From Chloroflexota bacterium (lineage in GTDB: Bacteria > Chloroflexota > Chloroflexia > QHBQ01): a stretch of DNA of 42,175 nt. A program made the translations under genes and the position numbers. Position 1 is the first letter of the stretch. Every line of letters starts with the position of its first letter. The stretch is from assembly GCA_043754535.1 (NCBI GenBank), contig JAYUUN010000057.1:1-42175 (forward strand), in the 5' to 3' direction. Below are positions 8,044-15,125 of this stretch, in pieces. The notes beneath the pieces were generated by a model that saw only the letters and a program-made list of their open reading frames with translations, made no database searches and was not told the DNA's origin.

Positions 8044-9384
8044 ATGCAGAAGCATAACCGCAGCGTAATGACGCTCGTCGCGCTCTTTGCCATGATTACT
8101 ATGGTGCTAAGTGCCTGCGACAACAACAGTACCACCAGCAATGCCACTACCAGCAAAACCCCGGCTGCCGCTAACACCCCGGCTGCCAGCAACAGCAATG
8201 GCTCGGCAGCCACCGGCAAGCTGGAGATGTTCTCCTGGTGGACGACCGGTGGCGAGAGCGCGGGTCTTAAGGCAATGTACAAACTCTACACTAAGGATCG
8301 CCCGAACGTAGAGATTGTGAACCAGGCGGTCGCAGGGGCGGCTGGTTCCGACGCAAAGGCCGTGCTAAAGAGCCGGATGCTCGGTGGTGACCCACCGGAC
8401 TCCTTCCAGGTTCATATGGGCCATGAACTGCTCGACGGCTATGTGGCCGCCGGTCAGGTAGAGCCGCTTGACGACCTCTACAAGAGCGAAGGCTTCGACA
8501 AGGCATTCCCTCAGGGCGTGCTAGACATTGTATCGGGCAACGGCCACTACTGGTCAGTACCGGTAAACATCCACCGCGCCAACGTGTTGTGGTACAACAA
8601 GAAGGTCTTCACTGATAACGGCCTTACTGCCCCAGTTACGTTCGACGACTTCTTCAAGGCCGCCGATGTGCTGAAGGCGAAGGGGATCACCCCGCTGGCC
8701 CTCGGTGACAAGGTGCCGTTCGCTTCGGCTCACCTGTTCGAGACGGTGCTGGTTGGCACCCTCGGCGCAGAGAACTACAAGGGTCTCTGGAATGGCAAGA
8801 CCAAGTGGGACGGCCCAGAAGTGACCCAGGCTCTCAACAACTTCAAGAAGATGCTTGGCTACATCAACAGCGACCATGCCGCCCTCACCTGGGATCAGGC
8901 CAACGATATGTTGATCGCAGGCAAGGCTGGCATGACGATCATGGGCGACTGGGTAGACGCTGACTATAAGGCGAAGGCATTTACTGACTACGGTTGGACG
9001 ACCTCACCAGGAACCAAGGGGCTGTACGATGCCCTCTCCGACACTTTCGCTCTGCCAAAGGGCGCAAAGAACAAGGAGAACGCCCTTGCCTGGCTGAAGC
9101 TGGCCGGTTCACAGGTTGGTCAAGATGCCTTCAACCCGCTCAAGGGTTCGATCCCGGCCCGCATCGATGCTGGCAAGGGCGACTATGATGCCTACCTCCT
9201 GTCTGCCATCGCCGACTGGAAGAAGGACACCATTGTTCCTAGCGTCGTTCACGGCGCAGCAGCGAAGGACGGCTGGGCAACGGCTTACACCGACTCGGTC
9301 AACAGCTTCGTTACCAGCCTCGATGTGGGGAAGACGCAGAAGGCCCTGGTGCAGGCCGCTGCCGACAACATGACGAGCAAGTAA
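8044..9384 (+). CDS. Carbohydrate ABC transporter substrate-binding lipoprotein (glucose-binding protein type)
   Basis: Lipobox LSAC; KLEMFSWW, AVLKSRMLGGDPPDSFQVH, SVPVNIHRANVLWYN, IMGDW, FNPLKGSIPAR resemble Thermus/Pseudomonas-type glucose-binding proteins. Confidence 0.9.
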   Translation: MQKHNRSVMTLVALFAMITMVLSACDNNSTTSNATTSKTPAAANTPAASNSNGSAATGKLEMFSWWTTGGESAGLKAMYKLYTKDRPNVEIVNQAVAGAAGSDAKAVLKSRMLGGDPPDSFQVHMGHELLDGYVAAGQVEPLDDLYKSEGFDKAFPQGVLDIVSGNGHYWSVPVNIHRANVLWYNKKVFTDNGLTAPVTFDDFFKAADVLKAKGITPLALGDKVPFASAHLFETVLVGTLGAENYKGLWNGKTKWDGPEVTQALNNFKKMLGYINSDHAALTWDQANDMLIAGKAGMTIMGDWVDADYKAKAFTDYGWTTSPGTKGLYDALSDTFALPKGAKNKENALAWLKLAGSQVGQDAFNPLKGSIPARIDAGKGDYDAYLLSAIADWKKDTIVPSVVHGAAAKDGWATAYTDSVNSFVTSLDVGKTQKALVQAAADNMTSK

Positions 9385-9478
9385 CTAGCAACCTGCTCCT
9401 CCAGGAGCAGACGAGTAGTAGCATAGTGGGGCTGGCTTTGGTCAGCCCCGCTTTCACTATCTAGAGGGAAGCATTGTT

Positions 9479-10408
9479 ATGGAAGCAACTTCCAGTGTGC
9501 AGGCCAGCCCCCAAGTGGGTCGTCGCCGCTTCAACTTTGACCGCGTTATTGCCATAGCCCTGATTGCTCCTTCGTTGCTGGCAATAGCGGTCTTCGTCTA
9601 CTTCTTCATCGGCCAAACTGCCTACGTCTCGCTGGTACGCTGGAACGATCTGCTACCCGACTACACCTTCGTTGGCTTGAGAAACTACGACAAGCTGTTC
9701 CAGATCGAACGCTTCCAGGCCGACATGAGCAACACCCTCAAGTTCACCGTGGTGTTTATCTTTGTCTGCCTGGCGGTGGGCTTGCTGCTCGCTAACCTGC
9801 TCGACCAGAAGATCAAAGGTGAGGCAATCTTCCGCAACATCTTTATGTTTCCGCTGGCGATCTCATTTATCGTCACGGGGGTAGCCTGGCGGTGGCTCCT
9901 AACCCCCTCCTCTGGGGTTAACCTGATTGGCAGCGCAATCGGCATTGTAGATATGAAGAACCCACCTGGTTGGTTTACTGACCCCAAGATTGGCATCCTG
10001 GCAGTTGCTATTGCTGCTGTCTGGCAGACATCGGGATATGTAATGGCGATGTACCTGGCGGGATTGCGCTCGATCCCAGACGAAATCAAGGAGGCAGCGC
10101 GGATCGATGGGGCAACAGAGTGGCAGCTATTCCGCCAGATCACCTTGCCCCTGCTGCAACCAATTACCCTCAGTGCTGTAATCATCCTCGGCCACATCTC
10201 GCTTAAGATTTTTGACCTCACCAAATCCATGACTGGCCCTGGGGCGGGCTTTTCGACCGATGTGCCAGCCCTGTTTATGTTTGAGACGACCTTCTCTGGT
10301 AGCCACTTCTCGCAGGGAGCCGCCATTGCGATGGTGCTGCTGGTAGTGGTCAGCGTGCTGATCATACCTTACTTGATCTACAACTTCCGAAACGAGGTGC
10401 GCTCATGA
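9479..10408 (+). CDS. Carbohydrate ABC transporter permease 1
   Basis: FVGLRNY; EAA loop LAGLRSIPDEIKEAARIDGA; multiple TM segments. Confidence 0.92.
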   Translation: MEATSSVQASPQVGRRRFNFDRVIAIALIAPSLLAIAVFVYFFIGQTAYVSLVRWNDLLPDYTFVGLRNYDKLFQIERFQADMSNTLKFTVVFIFVCLAVGLLLANLLDQKIKGEAIFRNIFMFPLAISFIVTGVAWRWLLTPSSGVNLIGSAIGIVDMKNPPGWFTDPKIGILAVAIAAVWQTSGYVMAMYLAGLRSIPDEIKEAARIDGATEWQLFRQITLPLLQPITLSAVIILGHISLKIFDLTKSMTGPGAGFSTDVPALFMFETTFSGSHFSQGAAIAMVLLVVVSVLIIPYLIYNFRNEVRS

Positions 10409-11280
10409 GTGTCGTTCCTTACAAGCCGTCGCGTCGCCGGATCACCCCTGGGCGGGTGATCACCTACGCTGTGCTGGTTGGCTTCTCCATCTTCTACCTG
10501 ATCCCTGTCTATGTGCTGGTCGTTACCAGCCTCAAGTCGTTCCGCGAGGTAAGCCTGGATCGGATGTGGAATCTGCCACAGAGCTTCAGCCTCGACAGCT
10601 TTCGCGATGCCTGGTTCGGCAACGAGGAGACTTCGGTCAACGGCCTGGCTAGTAGCTTCTGGAACAGCATCGTGCTGACAGTGCCAGCCGCCCTGATCTC
10701 AGCAGCGGTCGGTTCGATCAACGGCTACGTGCTGACCAAATGGAAGTTTCGCGGCGCAGACGTGGTGTTCCCCCTGATCCTGTTTGGGATGTTCATCCCC
10801 TACCAAAGCGTACTAATCCCCCTGGTGCAGTTGATGCAGAACCTCCACCTTTATGGCTCACTGTGGGGGCTGATCTTTGTCCATGTGATCTACGGTATAC
10901 CGATTACCACGCTGATCTTCCGCAACTACTACGCCGGGGTACCAACCGAACTGATAGAGGCGGGGCGAATAGATGGCGCAGGGATTATCGGTATCTACCG
11001 CTATATCCTCTTTCCGATTTCACTGCCCGGCTTCATCGTCGTGCTAATCTGGCAGTTCACCTCGGTTTGGAACGAGTTTCTGTTTGCTGTGGTACTGGTC
11101 AACACCCCCTCGTCGCAGCCAATCACAGTCGCGCTCAACAATCTAGCGGGCAGCTTTAGCGTAGCCTGGAACGTGCAGATGGCTGGGGCATTGCTGGCCG
11201 CTCTACCGACACTAGTGGTCTACATCTTCCTCGGTCGTTACTTCCTGCGTGGATTGCTAGCTGGTTCGGTCAAGGGCTAG
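10405..11280 (+). CDS. Carbohydrate ABC transporter permease 2
   Basis: EAA loop ELIEAGRIDGA, WNEFL; ATGA overlap with the upstream permease. Confidence 0.92.
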   Translation: MSVVPYKPSRRRITPGRVITYAVLVGFSIFYLIPVYVLVVTSLKSFREVSLDRMWNLPQSFSLDSFRDAWFGNEETSVNGLASSFWNSIVLTVPAALISAAVGSINGYVLTKWKFRGADVVFPLILFGMFIPYQSVLIPLVQLMQNLHLYGSLWGLIFVHVIYGIPITTLIFRNYYAGVPTELIEAGRIDGAGIIGIYRYILFPISLPGFIVVLIWQFTSVWNEFLFAVVLVNTPSSQPITVALNNLAGSFSVAWNVQMAGALLAALPTLVVYIFLGRYFLRGLLAGSVKG

Positions 11281-11307
11281 GCGGCAAGGAAGCGCGGTTC
11301 GGCATTT

Positions 11308-11345
11308 AAGGAAGCGTCCCTCAGTAGCAGGGGTGCTTCCTTTTT
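11308..11345 (+). terminator. Intrinsic terminator of the ABC operon
   Basis: AAGGAAGCGTCCCT...AGGGGTGCTTCC followed by TTTTT. Confidence 0.8.
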
Positions 11346-11355
11346 GTTGATGGTT

Positions 11356-11427
11356 TGTTTTCACGAAAACAGTTATGACAAGCTAGTGGCTCTAGCTATT
11401 GACAGATCGGGGCGGCTGTGCTAATCT
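11356..11427 (+). promoter_or_regulatory. Palindrome TGTTTTC-AC-GAAAACA plus sigma70 promoter of the first ParB-like gene
   Basis: 16-bp inverted repeat at 11356-11371; TTGACA(11399)-N17-TAATCT(11422) with extended TG. Confidence 0.6.
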
Positions 11428-11462
11428 AGACTGAAGAAGTAGAATGTAGAGGGAGCAGATGG

Positions 11463-12374
11463 GTGAGCAAGAAAAGCAAACAGGCGCATGAAGTAGCACG
11501 AATAGAGCAGAGCAGCGGCCCACAAGCGGAGCAGGCCCGCCAGATAGAGATCAGCCATCTCCACGACAACCCCTACCAGCCCCGCAACGAGATGAGCAGC
11601 GAGCGGCTAGCTGAACTGGCGGGGGTGATCAGGAGTAAGGGCTTCCAGGGGGTGCTGGTCGCCAGGCCCGATCCCGATCAGCCGGGTTACTATCAGCTGA
11701 CGGCTGGGCATCGCCGGCGCGACGCAGCAGGGCTGGCTGGTTTGGACAGCCTGCCAGTACTGGTGCATCAAATCGGTGATGGCGAGATGGTCGAGTTGGC
11801 GATTACCGAGAACATCCAGCGTGAAGACCTCAGCCCGCTAGAGGAAGGCCATACCTACCTGCTGATGATCGGTGAACTTGGCTACACCCATGAGCAGATT
11901 GCTCAATCGGTGGGCAAGAGTAGGGGCTATGTAGAGAACCGTATTCGGGCTGCTCGTGCGCCACAGGATGTGCAGGAGCTTGTGCGCGACAAGCCGGACA
12001 GCCTACGTGCAATCGCCACGCTGGTCAAGATCAAGGACAATGCGCTGCGTGGCGAAGTGATATGGCAACTACGCAACGGCAAGCTGACCGTAGATGAAAT
12101 TGCAGGCTATCTTGAGGAGCAGGGTGGGCAGCAGCACCGGGTAGCAGAGTCGCTCCACAAGCAGGGCCGCCCCGCAAAGGCCTCTGACCCACTAGTAGAG
12201 GAACGAGTGATGCAGAGGGTGGGTAGCGGCAAACTGGCGGTTGCGCTACGTAGTCTGCTCGGTTACCGCGCCACCCTCGCACATGGCCGTGAGCTATCGG
12301 AGCGGGAGCGGGCCTCGCTGTTCCAACTGGCTAGCCTGATGGACGAGTTGCAGGGTTCGCTGGACAGCAAGTAG
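11463..12374 (+). CDS. parB: ParB/Spo0J-family partition protein (ParB-1)
   Basis: NPYQPR, CTPase box AGHRRRDAA, ENIQREDLSPLEE, HTH THEQIAQSVGKSRGYVENRIR; GTG start with GAGGGAG RBS. Confidence 0.85.
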   Translation: MSKKSKQAHEVARIEQSSGPQAEQARQIEISHLHDNPYQPRNEMSSERLAELAGVIRSKGFQGVLVARPDPDQPGYYQLTAGHRRRDAAGLAGLDSLPVLVHQIGDGEMVELAITENIQREDLSPLEEGHTYLLMIGELGYTHEQIAQSVGKSRGYVENRIRAARAPQDVQELVRDKPDSLRAIATLVKIKDNALRGEVIWQLRNGKLTVDEIAGYLEEQGGQQHRVAESLHKQGRPAKASDPLVEERVMQRVGSGKLAVALRSLLGYRATLAHGRELSERERASLFQLASLMDELQGSLDSK

Positions 12375-12421
12375 GCAGTTGAGAGCGGTGAGAAGGAGGC
12401 TGGCTACTGGCAGCCTCTAGC

Positions 12422-13219
12422 CTAGAGCATCTTGATCAACTCGTCCATAGCCTTACGTACTTCCTGTGCTTTCACCTTCACCGCGTTGCGCTCGTCGGGT
12501 GACAGCCGCCCGCGCTCTGCCAGCTTACGGCTAGCGAAGTTGATCGCGCTACTAAGCGGGCGATATGGGTCACTAGCAGGCTGGGTGCGCCGCTGGCTGC
12601 GGCCACCTTCGTCTGAGCGACTACCGCCACGATGGGATACGTCGTACAAGCTCTGCCCCTGCTCAAGTTCAACCACCCGATTGCGATTGACGTTGACTGT
12701 CTCGCGGCTGAGGTTGAACAGTTCGCCAATGTCGCTATCCGAGTAGCCCATGTCGTGCAGCCGCCCAAAAGCGCGCCCCCGGTCGGCCAGCGAAAGGGCG
12801 ACGATTTGGGTGTTGGAGAGGATCGCCTCCTCGGTGCCATCCCCATCAGTCAGCACTGTGGCCCGGATTTGGGCGTAGCGGCCCGGCTCCTCCCCTGCCA
12901 GCCACTTGTAGGCGGCTAGGCGGCGGTTGCCCACCTTGCAGGTGAAGCGGTCGCCGTCACGCACCACGGCGATAGCCTGTACCAGGCCCTTACGCCTAAT
13001 GCTGGCAACCATCCGCTCAATCTCAGGCAGTTCGCCAGTGCGTGGGTTCTCCGGGTCGAAGTCGATCAGGTCAACTCGCAGGTAGACTTCTTTGATTTGT
13101 TGGGGCATACGGCTGGAGGTGGGCAGCGGCGCGGGCGGGGTATACTGGCCGTCGGTGGGGCCGCCCTGCCCTACATCAGGGTTGAAAGTGAAGCGGCCCT
13201 TGCTCACTCTAGGCGGCAT
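12422..13219 (-). CDS. parB: Divergent plasmid-type ParB/RepB protein (ParB-2), coupled to parA
   Basis: IDFDPENPR, SIRRKGLVQAI.V, VGNRRLAA, HTH YSDSDIGELFNLSRETV; start overlaps the parA end by 11 nt. Confidence 0.75.
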   Translation of the reverse strand: MPPRVSKGRFTFNPDVGQGGPTDGQYTPPAPLPTSSRMPQQIKEVYLRVDLIDFDPENPRTGELPEIERMVASIRRKGLVQAIAVVRDGDRFTCKVGNRRLAAYKWLAGEEPGRYAQIRATVLTDGDGTEEAILSNTQIVALSLADRGRAFGRLHDMGYSDSDIGELFNLSRETVNVNRNRVVELEQGQSLYDVSHRGGSRSDEGGRSQRRTQPASDPYRPLSSAINFASRKLAERGRLSPDERNAVKVKAQEVRKAMDELIKML

Positions 13220-14075
13220 GGCTGGCCTCCACCTTCAGCGGTTTGATGCGGGCCTGCTCACTCATGTCGCTGATCTGCTCACTGCTATACACTCCTATGC
13301 GCCCTAGCAGTTCTGCCGCCAGGTTTACGTAATCGTCGGCGGCCTCGCGCACCTCACGGCGGCGACCGATGCCGAAGATGCTGGTGCCAGCGTCTGGGCA
13401 GTCGCCATGCACTGTATTCTTGGCGATGTAGCTGTCCAACACATAGGGGCGTGCGTCGGGGAAGCTGGTCAGCATCGCCTTAACCTTGGCGTTTACCCGG
13501 TTATTGGCCTCCACAAAGGTGCCGAAGATACCCAGCACTTGCAGGTTGGGGTTGGCCTTGCGCTGTACCTTCTTGACCTCTTGCAGCAGCATTGCCACGC
13601 CGTCAAAGTCGAGGATGCCCATCCGCAGGGGGATTACCAAATAGTCAGCGGCGACCAAGGCGTTGGTGTTGAGGATGCCCAGGCTGGGTGGGCAGTCGAT
13701 CAGGCAGATGTCAAAGTTCTCCTCCACCTCACTCAACACCTCGCTGAGAGCGTCGCGGCCCGTTGCATCACGCTGCAATTCTGTCTCCAGAGCGGCCATG
13801 TTTTCGCTGCCGGGAGCCAGATAGAAGTCTTCAATGCGGGTTAGCACCTCCGCCAATGGGGCGATGCTCGCGCCTTTGAGGTGGTGATAGAGGCTGTCGC
13901 AGACAGTCAGCCTGCCGTCGCCATAGGCACCCAGCCACTTGCTGCTGTGCGTCTGTGGGTCGAGGTCAACCAGCAGAACGGTAAAGCCCATGCGCGCCAA
14001 AGCCTCGGCCAGGTTGACCGATGAGGTCGTCTTCGCTACCCCCCCCTTGCGGTTCGAGATCGCTATCTTGATCAT
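13209..14075 (-). CDS. parA: ParA/Soj-family Walker-A ATPase
   Basis: Deviant Walker A NRKGGVAKTT, LLVDLDPQ, LIDCPPSLG..T.NALVAAD. Start reassigned to ATG 14075 (RBS GGAGAGGGG). Confidence 0.93.
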   Translation of the reverse strand: MIKIAISNRKGGVAKTTSSVNLAEALARMGFTVLLVDLDPQTHSSKWLGAYGDGRLTVCDSLYHHLKGASIAPLAEVLTRIEDFYLAPGSENMAALETELQRDATGRDALSEVLSEVEENFDICLIDCPPSLGILNTNALVAADYLVIPLRMGILDFDGVAMLLQEVKKVQRKANPNLQVLGIFGTFVEANNRVNAKVKAMLTSFPDARPYVLDSYIAKNTVHGDCPDAGTSIFGIGRRREVREAADDYVNLAAELLGRIGVYSSEQISDMSEQARIKPLKVEASHAA

Positions 14076-14093
14076 GTTGCCCCTCTCCAAAAC

Positions 14094-14212
14094 TGTTAGA
14101 TGGTCTAACACATATGCCGCCTTGGTGACAACCAGCCACCTACGCTGCACCATGCTGTATTCTACCACTGCGTCCCTGTTCTGTCAAAATGTGTTAGATA
14201 GTCTAACACATT
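14094..14212 (-). promoter_or_regulatory. parA promoter bracketed by two TGTTAGA-N3-TCTAACA palindromes (candidate parS or operator)
   Basis: Minus-strand TTGACA(14187-14182)-N17-TAGAAT(14164-14159) with extended TG; palindromes at 14094-14110 and 14188-14212 (AATGTGTTAGA-TAG-TCTAACACATT). Confidence 0.75.
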
Positions 14213-14563
14213 GCGGTGCGGTAGAGGGTGGAGGTAACCATCGGGTACTACCTTGCTTCCCAGTTCCGCAGTGGGCTGGCATCGCTGTTGCCAGCTAGCG
14301 AGCGTTCAGCTACAGAGTAGTAGTGCTAGCACGGCGGAGTGCTTGCCTCCCCAGCAGCAGGTCAGCCGCGAGCTAGCAAGCAGAGGGTGGTGGTGACTAC
14401 CCTCAGCAGCGCACTGGCACGGAGCAATTAGAGCGGTTGATCAGGCAGTTGAGGGCCAGTTTGTCCACTTTGCGCCGTCGTCAGGTACAAGCGCAGGTTT
14501 ACATCAATGTAAGCATAAGAACGCCGCGATTCAGTTATTATGGCAAATTGGTGGAAAAACCCC

Positions 14564-14593
14564 TTGACTCTTATGTGCCAGATCACATAGAAT
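14564..14593 (+). promoter_or_regulatory. Promoter of the phd-like/rep unit with an overlapping palindrome
   Basis: TTGACT-N18-TAGAAT; TATGTG-N6-CACATA at 14572-14589. Confidence 0.6.
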
Positions 14594-14637
14594 CGGCACA
14601 GGCTATGTTACACATTTGTTGCATCGGAGGGACGAGG

Positions 14638-14919
14638 ATGGACAGCAAGCAGATTGGCGCGGCACTGGCACTGGTAGGCGTAGCAGACGAGGGTCTGAAC
14701 GTGCGGGATTTCCGGGCGCAGTTGTCGGCCATCCTAGAGCAGTTGCCCCAACATCCCGTCTGCCTGCTCAACGTGCGTAACCGGCCAACCGCTGTGTTGG
14801 TTGATCTGCGCGCCTACCGTGAGACGCTGGCGAAGGCCGAGGCTTACGACAGGCTGCTACTGGGAGGATTGAATAGGGAGCATCGCCGCTTAAGCGGCAC
14901 CGCCCTGGCCTGGGGCTAA
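14638..14919 (+). CDS. Small Phd/YefM antitoxin-like DNA-binding protein with no adjacent toxin
   Basis: LNVRDFRAQLSAILEQL...PVCLLNVRNRPTAVLVDLRAY follows the Phd/YefM beta-alpha-beta-beta pattern; RBS GGAGG, ATG 14638, 93 aa. Confidence 0.65.
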   Translation: MDSKQIGAALALVGVADEGLNVRDFRAQLSAILEQLPQHPVCLLNVRNRPTAVLVDLRAYRETLAKAEAYDRLLLGGLNREHRRLSGTALAWG

Positions 14920-14931
14920 AAGAAGGCAAGC

Positions 14932-15028
14932 AAAAACCCACTGTGTCGCCGCCAAGCTCGTCAGTGGGTTCTACCGGATACCAGACGCTCCTTGCGGACG
15001 CGCCCAGCTTCGCTTTTGCTCTCTACTA
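14932..15028 (-). ncRNA. Predicted counter-transcribed antisense RNA (~95 nt) in the rep leader
   Basis: Minus-strand promoter TTGCAA(15062-15057)-N17-TATAAT(15039-15034) with extended TG; GCAA-tetraloop hairpin; terminator stem AACCCACTG/CAGTGGGTT with a U-tract only on the minus strand. Confidence 0.6.
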
Positions 15029-15125
15029 AGAGCATTATAGCACAGCCGGATTCTGATTGCAAGGGGTTATATACCTTTTTGCCAAAAATTGGCTGAAGGG
15101 CAAGCATAGAAAGGGCCATTTTCTG

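Noticed and set aside
11463..14075. Primary chromosomal oriC-linked parAB
   Set aside because: No dnaA, dnaN, gidA/B or rpmH, no canonical parS and no cluster of perfect DnaA boxes in the window.
14076..14168. N-terminal extension of ParA given in the ORF track
   Set aside because: It overlaps the promoter and palindrome; a strong RBS precedes ATG 14075.
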